This document shows, piece by piece, positions 23,318 through 34,838 of a DNA stretch of 64,000 nucleotides (positions are counted from its first letter, which is position 1; each line of letters opens with the position of its first letter). The stretch is from positions 1 to 64,000 of the forward strand of contig JAYQLI010000012.1 in the NCBI GenBank assembly GCA_038143065.1, read 5' to 3'. The translations under genes and the position numbers were made by a program. Origin of the DNA: Rhodospirillales bacterium (GTDB taxonomy: Bacteria > Pseudomonadota > Alphaproteobacteria > Bin95). Below the pieces are notes generated by a model. The model was not told the origin of the DNA and made no database searches. It saw only the letters and a program-made list of their open reading frames with translations.

Positions 23318-24078
23318 GCAGCACCTCTGTAATGTGGTCGCATACCTTGTGGAACTCTGGGTCAGAAAATAACGTGGCCACCCGAGGTCGGCTGAATTCA
23401 ATGTCGATCACGTCCACAATTTGACCTGGATTACCATGCATAACCACCACTCGGTCCGCCAAAAACACTGCTTCATCTATGCCGTGTGTGACCAGCAGCG
23501 CTGTTGAACCGATTTCTGTCCAGATGCGCTGCAATTCAAGGTTCATCTGCCGCCGCAGGATCTGATCTAACGCGCCAAAGGTTCATCCATAAACAGAATT
23601 CTCGGATGAGTGACTAAGGCTCGTGCTATTGCGACCGCTGGCGCATGCCGCCAGACAACTCTCCAGGCAAAGCATCTTCGAAGCCACTCAGACCAACAAG
23701 ATCGATCATGTTTTGGATGTGTTCGGACTCTTTAACGATCGAACGTCTTAGAACCTCGAGAGGAACTTCAACATTACTCCGTACACTGCGCCATGGCAGC
23801 AACGCCGCGTCCTGAAACGCAACACCTGTTTCGCCAGCGTTGGCGGCTTGCATTGGCGCTTTTCCTGCTATCCAAACATCACCTTCATCCGCCAACTCTA
23901 GGCCTAAAGCAACCCGCATAACCGTTGATTTGCCGCAGCCTGATGGGCCAACGATCGCGGTAAAGGATCCCGTTGGGCAGGACAGGGTTACGTTGCGTAA
24001 AGCTTCGACAACCTTGCCCCGACCAGAAAAGGTCTTGCAGACCCCGGAAAGGGAAATCCCGTCCGGGGCCAACATCAA
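23307..24078 (-). CDS. ABC ATP-binding protein, SsuB/ThiZ type (frameshifted)
   Basis: GPSGCGKST, LSGGMRQR and VTHGIDEAVFLADRV motifs. Confidence 0.92.
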
Positions 24079-25046
24079 ATCTCCTCAAGCAGGGTGGTGT
24101 CGAACATGTCGCGCGTTCCCTTGATGCCAACCTTGGAAAGCGCGCGGAGATTGGCTTCTATACCTTCTTCAGTCATCGACATATATCCTGCAGGGCTGTC
24201 CATGAGCGGCTTCTGGGCATTATTAAAGAAGATCTCGTTGTCAATTGAGCGCCCTGTGCCTGCGAACCAGGTATTAGCCCATTTTGGCGGCCACAGATTA
24301 GCATCTTTAAAATTTTCGTCCCAGCCCTTGCGTGAGGCGCGCAGCCACGATACCAATTCGGCACGCTTTGTAGAAAGTGTCTCCTCGGTCACTACAACGG
24401 TATCATTATAGATCGTAAACCCAAAATCATATAGAAGGAATGATGTCGCTTCGACGCCCTGCTGACTGATCGTGTATGGAACGTTAGTCGTGAAATCGAG
24501 GCTGGCGTCAATCTCGCCCTTGATGAGTGGCGTAGGATCATAGGCGTAAGGCACTATATTAACATTTGCCGGATCAATCCCGTTCAATGCCAGCATTGCA
24601 TTGACTGAGATCACGTTAACTGGTGGTACGGCCAGTGTTTTCCCTATCAGGTCCTTGGGTTCGTTGATAGGGTTAGAGACAAGCGACACGATACCAATCG
24701 GGTTCTTCTGATATTGCGCACCAATAATCTTGAACGGTGCGCCCTGTTCCGCAATTGCCTTGATTGTGGTGTCAGGAGTGGTTAGGGCCAGATCAGCGCG
24801 ACTTGCGATTATAGTGCTTTCTGGGATCACATCGGGACCACCGGACAAATAGGTTAGATCAAGGCCTTCTTCGGCATAGTATCCGTTATCGATGCCAATG
24901 AAATAGCCAGCAAACTCAGCGTCATTGATCCATGCCGCTTGCATTGTGAAAGTTGTGCCGGCCAAGGCCCGTATAGGCATTGAGGCGGCAACTGCGCTGG
25001 CAGCAGCGGTTCCGAGGAAACGGCGTCGGTTTAGTCTGAGGCTCAT
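24075..25046 (-). CDS. NMT1/THI5 (ThiY)-like ABC substrate-binding protein with Tat signal
   Basis: RRRFL twin-arginine signal; W..DAEFAGYFIG...GYYAEEGLD...GGP and PKDLIGK motifs. Confidence 0.88.
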   Translation of the reverse strand: MSLRLNRRRFLGTAAASAVAASMPIRALAGTTFTMQAAWINDAEFAGYFIGIDNGYYAEEGLDLTYLSGGPDVIPESTIIASRADLALTTPDTTIKAIAEQGAPFKIIGAQYQKNPIGIVSLVSNPINEPKDLIGKTLAVPPVNVISVNAMLALNGIDPANVNIVPYAYDPTPLIKGEIDASLDFTTNVPYTISQQGVEATSFLLYDFGFTIYNDTVVVTEETLSTKRAELVSWLRASRKGWDENFKDANLWPPKWANTWFAGTGRSIDNEIFFNNAQKPLMDSPAGYMSMTEEGIEANLRALSKVGIKGTRDMFDTTLLEEI

Positions 25047-25073
25047 GGGTAGGTACTCCTTTTGTTTGGATGA

Positions 25074-25811
25074 TCAGGCGAGGCCTTGCAAGCGCTGAAG
25101 TTCCTGCAAGGGTGGTGTTTCGGTAATCTGTTTTGGTTCGAGTAACGGCCACTTGACTCCGCTTGGCCGTTTAGCCCGTCGCTCGACCACATGCGCTTTT
25201 TTCGGAGTTAAGATGGTGTCAACCAAAATATCAGTTTCGGACGGCTGTAATTGTTCTTCAACAAGTTGAACATCGTGGACCACGGCATGAACAGGCGTAT
25301 GTTCGTCCACCAGACCAATGTCAGTGAACATGCCCCATTCGAGATCAAAGAAGCCGTGGCCTTTTCCAAAGCGGACGCCGTTTACGGATACGGCGGATGC
25401 TCCAGTTACTAGATAGTCGAAGCGCCCTTTGTGTGCGATCTCTTCCAACGTGATCGGCACGCCGAAATGCTCCATCCCATCGAGCCAAGAAGCATATAGT
25501 GCTGCACCATCAGGCACTTTGGCTGGATCAAGGTAGAGAAAGCCGCGGTAAATCCCATAAGTTGACATGACGAATGGTTTGGAATCTTCAATCATACGAC
25601 GGCGCAAATCTGCAAGACAATTATCAGGTGTGATGAATGCGAAGCGGCTGTTTTGATAGGCTTCGCTCTCGATAACGCGGTCGGTTGCGTCTTCCGAGCC
25701 GTCGAAGTCGGGAATGACTTCAGCAAAATTCATGTGAAACCTGGTGTCAGGCCTCGCTACGTCCTTGAGTTTAGTCCATATCCTTTGGCGGATGATTTTG
25801 GAGGTAGACAT
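25074..25811 (-). CDS. 5-formyltetrahydrofolate cyclo-ligase paralog (COG0212/MTHFSD-like)
   Basis: K.IIRQRIW start, FITPD, ASAVS..GVRFGKGHGFFDLEWG, VHD.Q and DILVD.ILTP motifs. Confidence 0.85.
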   Translation of the reverse strand: MSTSKIIRQRIWTKLKDVARPDTRFHMNFAEVIPDFDGSEDATDRVIESEAYQNSRFAFITPDNCLADLRRRMIEDSKPFVMSTYGIYRGFLYLDPAKVPDGAALYASWLDGMEHFGVPITLEEIAHKGRFDYLVTGASAVSVNGVRFGKGHGFFDLEWGMFTDIGLVDEHTPVHAVVHDVQLVEEQLQPSETDILVDTILTPKKAHVVERRAKRPSGVKWPLLEPKQITETPPLQELQRLQGLA

Positions 25812-25834
25812 TTTTATCTTTTCAATTGTTTCTA

Positions 25835-25863
25835 TGTTTCATAAGAATGAAACAACCGTTCCA
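25835..25863. promoter_or_regulatory. Putative RpiR operator in the divergent promoter
   Basis: Perfect IR TGTTTCAT-AAGA-ATGAAACA, overlapping TGAAAC-N4-GTTCCA. Confidence 0.55.
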
Positions 25864-25886
25864 AACGTCAAGAGAATTCTTACCCC

Positions 25887-26735
25887 ATGGCTTCAAGATT
25901 GGTCCTCAGAATTCAGGAGCGTTCAGCGCGCCTGACGTCGAGTGAAAAGAAAATTGCACAGGTTTTACTTCAAAATCAAAACCTTGTTGAAACGCATACC
26001 GCGACGGAACTTGCTGCCAAAGCCGGAGTTTCTAAGGCAACAACTGCCCGTTTTTTCCGCAGTTTGGGATATGTTGACTTTGAAGAGGTCAGGTTACAGG
26101 CCCGCGAAGAGCGAAATCGTCGCGAACCCTATACAGCTTTCGAATCGACTTCGCAGACAGTAACCCTCGGGCGGGCCATTTCCGATCATCTTGATTTGGA
26201 ACTAGATAATCTAACACGTACATTTGAAGAGTTACGCGCAGACCTCATGCCAAGTATCGCCCAAATGCTGGAAGAGGCACCTCGCATTTGGTTTGTCGGC
26301 TTTGGCGATGAACAGGGGTTGGGTCGGTTGGGTCAATCACTATTTAACCGGCTGCGGCACGGCGTGCATGAGTTGCGGGGGCAGGGGCAAACTTGGGCAA
26401 ATGAGCTGTCTATGATGGGCCCGCGAGATGTCTTGATCCTACTTACCTTTGAGCCGCGTCCAAAGGTGGTGCGTGCATTGCTGGCCCATGCACGCACCAC
26501 GCGAATGAGGGTAATTACGCTTACTGATCATGCCTATGCTCCACAGGCAGAACGGTTCTCTGAAGTTGTCCTTCCTTGCCATGTGGCGAGCTATGGTATG
26601 CTTCCAACGCACGCCACTATGCTTTCGATCTTGCGGCTAATAGCGGTGACTTATCTAGGACGTAACCCGGATGCTGTTACCCAGCGCATCTCAACGTTGG
26701 CGGCTATAGATGAAGAGTTTGACCTGTTTGAATAG
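25887..26735 (+). CDS. RpiR/MurR family regulator (HTH + SIS)
   Basis: LTSSEKKIA...TATELAAKAGVSKATTARFFRSLGY motif. Confidence 0.93.
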   Translation: MASRLVLRIQERSARLTSSEKKIAQVLLQNQNLVETHTATELAAKAGVSKATTARFFRSLGYVDFEEVRLQAREERNRREPYTAFESTSQTVTLGRAISDHLDLELDNLTRTFEELRADLMPSIAQMLEEAPRIWFVGFGDEQGLGRLGQSLFNRLRHGVHELRGQGQTWANELSMMGPRDVLILLTFEPRPKVVRALLAHARTTRMRVITLTDHAYAPQAERFSEVVLPCHVASYGMLPTHATMLSILRLIAVTYLGRNPDAVTQRISTLAAIDEEFDLFE

Positions 26736-27221
26736 CTGAAGGTTTCAAAAGAACTATTGACACTCTTGAATTAAATTACAGCCCTCAAGAGAAAGATCAA
26801 AAACCATAAGATAAAGAAGTCATTATTTAGCTTGGTGTGGACCACTTTTTAAATCTCTGACGAGATGGGGAGTGTTTTGTAATCCAAAGACTCTGCAAAG
26901 TCGCGCTGCACATCTCAAGCAAATTTAATCTGACAAAACCTTCGATATGGTAAAATTGACTGTCCGTTTTCACAAAGGTCTAGCATCATATGCGTATAAG
27001 CGGTTCGCCAAAAGGCGCTTGAAAGAAGAGCGCGACTGTCAGCGCTGAATATATAAAGCCAGCAACCCATATTTTGGCGATGCCTTGATCTGTTCTGCCT
27101 GCCCATGGTCCGATCAGGGGCAAAACTTGCGTGGATGGATCAGCCAACCGAACGATTAAGAGGCGCTCATCATATCCTACATGTCGTAAAATCATAATGT
27201 CTGCTTTCACCCTCGTACTCA

Positions 27222-28364
27222 CTATTGCTCACCAAACGTAATTTCAAGCATCGCTTTCTGAATAGCGTCGGGCATGCCCGGGTCGTATTGAGTATGGGAA
27301 GCTCCCTTTACAATCTGACATGTTTTCTTCAGCGCAAAACTTTCACTTTCAGTTCGCTCGTCCGTATCTGCTTCGCTCTCTAATAGCTTTTCGATAACTT
27401 CGTAGGCAAAAGCGGGGGGGCAGAGCATGTCAAATTCGCCGGTGATCAATCTTATTTTTTTCCGTAAAGAGCGAACAAGTTCCTCGCGACTTTCGATAAC
27501 ACGCTCACCATCTCCGTTGATTTTCGCAACTACTGTCTCAAGAAAGTTTTTCGAGTTAATTGAAGAGGCATGCGAATTCAAACTCTTGTAAAAGCTCAAA
27601 CCCAACTTAACGATATCCTCATCTGAAGTCAGTAGCTCGATACTGGTTGCGGGGGGATTAGCATTGTTGGCACCTACAGTTGCGCCCAGAGCATCCCACT
27701 TCAACCAGCTTACCGCTGCTTTTTGACTTTTCTCTGGGCTATCGCCCGTCATCAATTCCCAATATTTGTTTACGAGTTCTAACCCGGGATTTTCAGATTT
27801 TTTCAATCTTTCCAAATCAGCTCGTGTCTTGTACCCAACATGCCCGATGAAATGGCGCCACTGCGCAGGATAATACTTTCCCTTGCCGTTTTTACCGTCC
27901 CCATAGTCGTGGTCCAAATCCTGCTCCCGAATCAGCCATAATCCGCGCAATACCAAACCGGAAACAGTACTCCCAAAATATTTGGCGGCATACGCCAACC
28001 CTAGAGTAGCGCCATTCGAACCGCCATAAACAACAGCCCATTTGTCGATACCAAAATGCTGCCTTAACACTTCACAATCGTCGATGTTTGCGTCGATACC
28101 GGTGGAGGTATCGGTCCCAGTAACCTCTTCAATTTTAGACCGTCCCCACCCGCGTTGATGAAAGTAGATTATTCGAAACTTAGAGCGTATCTCTTCGCTC
28201 AAAATATCCAACCTGTGCTCTTCATTTTCCGCTGGTCCCCAGCCGCCGTGCAGGACCAGCATCGGTGCGCCATCTGGGTTACCGAGTTCGACAGTATACA
28301 GCGAGAGACCGGTTTTTACTTCGACCATTGATGTTTGTGAGTTGTGAGCAATCTGAGATACCAT
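27222..28364 (-). CDS. Proline iminopeptidase-like alpha/beta hydrolase
   Basis: GNPDGAPMLVLHGGWG, QRGWGRS, GGSNGATLGLAYA, LVLRG, D(MLCP) and ASH motifs. Confidence 0.82.
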   Translation of the reverse strand: MVSQIAHNSQTSMVEVKTGLSLYTVELGNPDGAPMLVLHGGWGPAENEEHRLDILSEEIRSKFRIIYFHQRGWGRSKIEEVTGTDTSTGIDANIDDCEVLRQHFGIDKWAVVYGGSNGATLGLAYAAKYFGSTVSGLVLRGLWLIREQDLDHDYGDGKNGKGKYYPAQWRHFIGHVGYKTRADLERLKKSENPGLELVNKYWELMTGDSPEKSQKAAVSWLKWDALGATVGANNANPPATSIELLTSDEDIVKLGLSFYKSLNSHASSINSKNFLETVVAKINGDGERVIESREELVRSLRKKIRLITGEFDMLCPPAFAYEVIEKLLESEADTDERTESESFALKKTCQIVKGASHTQYDPGMPDAIQKAMLEITFGEQ

Positions 28365-28559
28365 CCTAGATTTCCTGAGCAATTTTCGACAAGGCACTTC
28401 AGCTTTACTACGAAGCTTGCATGTATGTTATCATATAATCTTGGCGACAGATTACCTATGCATCCCCATTCTCACTTGGCGGAATGAAAGCTAAAGAATG
28501 ATATACTCCTCCCACCGCAGCGGCTTGTTGCATAAAGCAATCACTCCACTATACATCGG

Positions 28560-28745
28560 GAGGACCACTTCTGGGACCGCTTTATGATTTCAATTGAAAA
28601 TAAGTATATGTAATTAAATAGAAGTATAGAAAGTACGACGTCCTCTCCTGGGCACCAAAATTCTAGTAGAATTTATAATAAAACAAGCAAAAACAGTGGT
28701 ATAGTTTTGAAGTGGACCACTTTTGGGACCGCTTACAGGACCAGT
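28560..28745. repeat. att junction: 18-bp tRNA-Leu 3' end (28640-28657) flanked by GGACC arm-like repeats
   Basis: Core GTCCTCTCCTGGGCACCA; GGACCACTT(C/T)TGGGACCGCTT at 28562 and 28714. Confidence 0.88.
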
Positions 28746-28828
28746 TTGTCGAAACTGTTCGCTAAATAGTCAGCGTTAAACCACCGGTTTTACTTGCAAC
28801 TGGCAGCTAAGTCTCAAAGCTAACAGCT

Positions 28829-30172
28829 ATGAGTGATGATATGCCGCTTAAACTCCGACGCTATGTATTTCGCCGTGCCAATGGCAGCTTTCGATATAAA
28901 CGCAACGTTCCTTTGCATCTTAGAGCCCTGATTGGGAAAGCAACGCTCTATCGCCAGCTTGGGGATAGCTACAAAGAAGCCATGCAAAACCTGCCCTTAG
29001 TACATGCTCGAATCGAAGCACTGCTAGAAGGTGAGAAAGAGAAATCTGCACGAGATCGCAGTATTGAGATTATTAGGGGTGCGCTGGGCGATGAAGTGGC
29101 GGACATGGTGCTGGCCAATGCCGTACCTGAGTATTCTGAGATTGAGGATGCGCTTAATGAGTTGGGTAAGGCTCTACATAAGCAAAAGCTACCTTCAGAG
29201 ATTGTAGAACAAGTTTATTCAGGCAAGTTAAGGCAAGAGGTCATAACGCTTGAGACGGTACTTAAAGACTACGTTGCCTATAAGTCAGATACACCCAAAG
29301 CAGAAAAGGAAATTACGCAGCGGGTTGAAAGGCTGCGTAAAGACATGCAGCACATCTACGGTAAGCAAAAGCTTAAGTATGTCTCGCTTAGTGATATCAG
29401 CAGGCAAGATGCCAATGATCTAAGGGATCACCTACTAAGCCGTGTGTCGGCCAATAGCGCTGTTAGAATGCTGGGGGTTGTGAGAACGGCTATTAACCAT
29501 GCAATCGTGGAGCATAGTCTCAACATCCCCAATGTTTTTACAAACCTTCGCATTAAAGGTGCGGGTGCCAGTAAGCTAGATAGGCTACCGCTGAGTGACA
29601 CTCAGATCGTTCATTTAGAGACAGCTTACTCGAATGATACAACAGCTTGGGCGCTGTTTGTTTGTCTGAGAGATACGGGTTGCAGAGTATCAGAGATAGC
29701 GGGCCTGAGGGTCAAAGACTGTGACACTGACAAAGAATGTTTAATCATATCCCCTACCCCCTGGAGAACACTAAAGACCAATAACTCGCACCGCTCTGTG
29801 CCACTCTCGCCAGAGGCTATCAAAGCCCTTGAGGAAGTATTCCAAGGCAAAGATCCTGAGGCACCTCTCTTTCCCCGATACGCAAAGGAGCGTGGAGGGG
29901 ATAACTGCTCAGCCATGCTCATGAAGCGCCTCAGAACCATAATCACAGACAAGAAGCTTACGATGCATTCACTACGCCACCGCATGAAGGACAAGCTGAG
30001 GAATACAGGCTGCCCGGAGGCCATCTCCATGGCCATACTCGGGCATGGCTCTAACACAGTCGCTGCGAACTATGGTTCAGGCTATGCCCTAGACGTCATG
30101 GGAGCATATGGAAACGGATTTGGTAAATCATTAAAATCAAAAAGTTCCGAGGGTTTGCGAATTACGGATTGA
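28829..30172 (+). CDS. Tyrosine integrase with DUF6538-like N-terminus
   Basis: FRYKRNVP..LR N-terminus; TGCRVSEI, LKT, HSLRH and ILGH...Y catalytic residues. Confidence 0.93.
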   Translation: MSDDMPLKLRRYVFRRANGSFRYKRNVPLHLRALIGKATLYRQLGDSYKEAMQNLPLVHARIEALLEGEKEKSARDRSIEIIRGALGDEVADMVLANAVPEYSEIEDALNELGKALHKQKLPSEIVEQVYSGKLRQEVITLETVLKDYVAYKSDTPKAEKEITQRVERLRKDMQHIYGKQKLKYVSLSDISRQDANDLRDHLLSRVSANSAVRMLGVVRTAINHAIVEHSLNIPNVFTNLRIKGAGASKLDRLPLSDTQIVHLETAYSNDTTAWALFVCLRDTGCRVSEIAGLRVKDCDTDKECLIISPTPWRTLKTNNSHRSVPLSPEAIKALEEVFQGKDPEAPLFPRYAKERGGDNCSAMLMKRLRTIITDKKLTMHSLRHRMKDKLRNTGCPEAISMAILGHGSNTVAANYGSGYALDVMGAYGNGFGKSLKSKSSEGLRITD

Positions 30173-31276
30173 ATTTATAAATACACCAAGGTCGATGGAC
30201 ACAGTCTCGATGAATTACGTGCTTTTGCACTTTTGATGGGCGTACTATTGCATGTCCTAATGCTCTTCCTGGAACTATTTGATGGCTCCGAACCAAGATT
30301 CGGTGGCTCCATCATCTTTATTTGGATCCACACATGGCGCATGGGAGCTATTTATGCAAGAAGGTTTTTTACCGCCCTCATATACAGAAGAGAGATGTCG
30401 GCAACTACGCAGTTAATAGGTTGATCAGATTGGGTGTACTTATCTTGCTTTTAGGGCCGTAATTCCAGAAATTTGAAGGGACCAATGATTTCTTCAAACT
30501 ACCTTGAGCTTATTTCATGGCTCCTATATGATGTTCCATTCACATTGCGTTTAGACCATTTGTGGTTCCTGTATTACTTGTTGATATTTTATGGAAATTG
30601 TTGCTTAAGCGCATTACGCCAAAGGTTTAAATTTATCACTGATTATTGAGCTGAGCTTTTCCCGCATTTTTGTTTTGTTGCCAATACTGATATTACTTTC
30701 TCCACTCAACAAGCCTACAGGCGGTATTTTTGGAGATATTCCAACCACATTCGGTGAAGTGAAACTTGGTTCAATGTTATTCATGGCTTCGTTCTTTTTG
30801 ATTGGAATGCAGATACAAAAGAGTGCGCGTTTCCTCGAATCAGTTACAACTCAAGAATTCGCTTTTGGCTGCCCATCTTGATAATAGTGAGTTTGGTGCC
30901 GATTGGCTTACTGGGCTGGGGCGGAATGAAAGATGATCCTTTCGTCCCAGACAATATTTGAGATGTGGATTGCCAATGGGCTATCTGGCAGTGCAGCTTT
31001 GTTACTTGTGTTTTCAATAATGGGCTTTGCTATGCAGCAAATCTCATCGAGCGGCCCAACTCTCAACTGGCTGATAAAGCTTTCATATCCAATTTACGTA
31101 TTCCATTTAATGTTCGTGACTAGCGTCAGTGGGACCTTAATGTATTGGGCGTCAATGATGGCTTGTCAAAATTTGAGTTCGCATCAGGAATTCTTGGGCC
31201 AGTGATAATCTATTACGCCATAGTTTTCTGGACGCCGCTTGATTGGGTGTTCAATGGTTATAAAAACTCCAAGTAA
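30170..31276 (+). CDS. Acyltransferase-3 / MdoC-like membrane protein (heavily frameshifted)
   Basis: LDELRAFALLMGVLLH, IHTWRM, DHLWFLYYLL and SYPIYVFH across frames. Confidence 0.75.
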
Positions 31277-31335
31277 CGATCAAAGTCATCTTAAACTAAT
31301 TACTATTTTGAATAATGGTGTGCGAAATAGCCTGA

Positions 31336-31716
31336 TGCTAATAAGTGTATATTTTGCGAAATTGTTTCTACAAACCGGGTGATTGATCAAGGAAACAAAT
31401 GTTTTGTTGTTCGTAGATGCCTTCCCAGTCATTGAAAAGGGGCACACACTGATTATACCAAAGCGGCATATCTCAGATTATTTTGACACCACTGATGATG
31501 AAAAAGTTGAAATACAAAATCTTTTATGAAACATCGACAGTTTACTGCTGCATTGTGATGAAAAATCAAAGGCTTCAATATAGGAATTAATGTCGAAGGT
31601 CTCAGGTCAGTTGTTTCATTAGTTGTCCATGTACATCTTATACCCCCCAGGCTTGGGGATGTTCATAATCCCCGAGGTTTATTTAGAGGCGTTATTCCTG
31701 AAAGCAGCAATATAAA
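31336..31716 (+). CDS. HIT family hydrolase (frameshifted)
   Basis: CIFC, DAFPV..GHTLIIPKRH, GFNIGIN, HVHLIP and GDV.NPRG across frames. Confidence 0.78.
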
Positions 31717-31783
31717 TGAATGAACTCACTTGAGATAATACCAGCAAACTACCAGAGTGTCCCCAAAGTGGCACGAGGAGACG

Positions 31784-32097
31784 GCTTAAAGGCTAAGCAT
31801 AAGAGGTGTATCAAAAAAGGAAGTGCTTAAAGAGAGCATCAGAGAGCAACCCTAAAGACATAGAAAAAATATCCCAAAGCTATGGAAATAAAGACAGCCT
31901 TAATAGCAGACGATAAAGAATAAATTGTATTGTAGTTTGTTCTAAGCTGACAGGGTGTTGGGAACACCCAAACCCTTATGTATTTTATATTATATATTAC
32001 GAATTAAGTATTACGACTTACATATTACGTCTTACGAATTACCCGTTACAGCTTATCCTTTAACCCCTGCCTTAGGAGCCTTTCCTAAGGTGTTTTT
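31784..32097. repeat. TAAAG and TTAC short-repeat tracts plus hairpin (ori- or terminus-like)
   Basis: Repeated TAAAG at 31787-31918; seven TTAC at 31997-32049; perfect IR CCTTAGGA-N5-TCCTAAGG at 32070-32090. Confidence 0.55.
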
Positions 32098-32131
32098 TAT
32101 TTATGTATTAAGAACAGAAAGATAAATTAGA

Positions 32132-32717
32132 ATGACCAAGTATATTGATCCAAAGCTCTCTCAAGAGACCCTAGAAACCTACCAAGGCTATAGCCTTCAG
32201 GTGTTTACATCAGGGCGCATTAAGCTCAGCTTTCATAAAAGCCATAAAGACAGAGTTGAGTATTATGCAGTAAAGCCTAAGCGCTCCAGAGAAGCTTATA
32301 AGCGTCAGTATAATCGTAGTGCCTTAACTAAGCCCGAGCATTACCAGTTAATGGAAGAGCTACTGGCTGAACACCACAACAGCCTCATCTACAGGGTGCA
32401 CCTTAAGGGGGATATTAATGCTACTGCTGATAATGCCCATGTGCTTATCTTAACAGAAAAGAAGCATCAGTATGTGTTACTAGATACGCTAACCCACCAA
32501 TGGCAGCTAACAACTCAAGTCATAAACGCCTTACTAATAGCAAGTGGTCCTAAGAAAGGACGCAGTGCTATCTTCAATGAGTACATGGCCAGCTATCAGC
32601 ATGACTGGGCGGATATAATCTTCACTGAGCAGGACTACAGAGACGGGTGTCGTGCAGATACAGTTAGTAGATCTGTTCACCACGGTCAGTCATCAAGATG
32701 ATGACTTTACGTTCTAA
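32132..32717 (+). CDS. Hypothetical protein of the mobile backbone
   Basis: Clean 189-aa ORF with RBS-like GAAAG; probable terminal frameshift to QDDDFTF*. Confidence 0.65.
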
Positions 32718-32989
32718 ACCTAAAAGGCAACATCATCCCCGTGGTAGGCATGAGGGCTATAACGTTCAAACTTTCAAAACTTAGAGAGCGAAACAGACCT
32801 TCGCTGCGTGGACATCAATGTCTGCTATGTGGACGAAGTTGCCCTTCCAGAATGCATTACGAACGGCAATTTGTTGGGTCTTTAAATCGAACAGCGTGAA
32901 TTTTATTCGATGCAGTTACTCGTAGGGTGCTTGTCATTGATAAATCTCGAAACCTTTCGAGACCCGTATAAATCAAATGAGCTGCCGAT

Positions 32990-33720
32990 TCAAGCTGACG
33001 CCGAGTTGTAAATGACCGGCATTTTCCCTGTCCATGTGTTCCACGTTTTGTCAGAATAGATTAGTTTGGCCATAAAGTGTGCGACGTTGATACGACTGGT
33101 AGTTCCGGCGTCAAATATCGCATTTCGAGTTGGTGACTCGAGAATCTTATAGTCCGTCACTTCAGTTTCCATCGATTAGCTCCGTCAGGACGGACAGCGA
33201 CCCATTGTATTTGCGGGATGGTTCTGACCAATTTTTGTGCAGTAAATAGTCAAAGCGGCTTTTTCGTTGTCGACGTGGGGTGGCAGTACCAAACGAAGCA
33301 AGCCAATAACGCATTTTTGATTGAAAGAAATCCGCTCATCCAAATCCTGATTGCTGTTCCCAGTTGTGTTCATAAGAAAATAAATTTGATGGCCTCAGTT
33401 GGTTCGTTTTCGCGGATAGCGTCGCACAAACGGCAGACCGCGTCAGTTACAAGCCTGGTGGGTCTTCCGTATATTCCTTGTTGTTAAACAGCCCCAAACA
33501 GGAAACCACCGCGTGACATCCCCGCACAAGAGTAATTGCGCCAGTATTACTCATATCCAAAATGCTCTTTTCAATCACGGACAAATTGGCGTGGTTTTTT
33601 ACCTTTAGGCACGCTTTCAAGGGATCTTACAACGATCCTAACTGCTTAATGTTTTAGAAGTTCTTCCACAAGCAGATGTCCAGTAGGCTCCACTGCGTCT
33701 TCGATAATGAGAATAGTCAT
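32990..33720 (-). CDS. NAD(P)-binding atypical SDR (frameshifted)
   Basis: MTILII..SG.TG.LLV start; TTSRINVAHFMA..W.GKMPVIYN end. Confidence 0.7.
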
Positions 33721-33824
33721 ATTCGTTCCAGTCTTCTGGGTTCTAGCTTTACTGTCTGCGCGTTCAGGGGTATTTTTTTGCTATGCGAATTGACTAAATT
33801 TTATGTTTTGATATGCATATATGC

Positions 33825-34703
33825 ATGGATTGTGATCGATTGCTGATTGGAATAAAGTATGGCGTTTTTGGTGACCAGAGGAAGGTTCACTATCTGCAGC
33901 CGCGTGCTTTGGAAGATGGCACAAATCCAACGCCGGGCTCGTCAGGTCACTGGGTTTCGAGTAAGAGTTTGGCATTGTTCTGTTTGAATGTAGGTCGCAG
34001 TCTACAACTTACCCTGGTGGTGCAGAACTTTGACTAAGCGTCCGCGTTTGGGGATAGCAGGCCGTGTTTCGATGAATGCTTTTGGTCAACGCAAGCGCTA
34101 AAAGGAAAAATCTGTATTTCTGCCAGTGAAACTTATGCCGCTGTGTTGTTACCTCCACTATTAATTATGTATTTTGGAACCGGATATTCATGTCGAAATT
34201 GTTGTCGCCAATCATGCAAGCGATCTGCGCCGCCGCGAAGCCGATATCGCAATCCGTAACTTTAGGCCGACGGAACCCGATCTGATTGCCAAGAAGGTCG
34301 GAGTTGATGCAGTACTATACGCAACGCCAGACTATATCGAAAGTGCTGGCTTCGGCAACCCAACAATGCCCCAAGAATTGCAGCATGCACATTTTGTGAA
34401 TTGGACTATGCGGCGGTGTTTATGATCAAAGGCCCAATAGGTTCATTCGGTTTGACTGAGGAAAACTTTCCCGCTTTTAACGGAAAGCCATCTGGTCATG
34501 TGGGAACCAGGCGCCAAGGGAGCGGCCATCGGTATTCTGGACGCTCACATTGGTGATGCGGACCAATCGTGCAAACGTGTCCTCCCCGACCTTGAACCGC
34601 TTATCTTCCCCATCTGGCTCGTTTCTACACAGGGGAACTCACTACGAGTCATTGCATTCGAAGGGTCTTTGATTTTCTAGCTGAGGAGCTTCATCGAGGA
34701 TAA
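33825..34703 (+). CDS. LysR family regulator (frameshifted)
   Basis: DWN...FL..EEGSLSAAA HTH and DLRRREADIAIRNFRP motif. Confidence 0.8.
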
Positions 34704-34838
34704 GAGCACTTGCATGAAGCAGGCGTTTTGTTGCAAACAGAAAATTGGTAAGTTGGGCTCTAAACAGCCATTTGCTGCAATTTGAAAGAATGACCGCTTT
34801 AGCCCAGAGAAAAATCTGAGCCGCTAGGGCCATTAAGT

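Larger units (their letters stand above)
16084..28657. mobile_element. Island segment B between att copies
   Basis: Bounded by tRNA-Leu 3' duplicates; contains an IS3, an integrase remnant and metabolic cargo. Confidence 0.7.
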
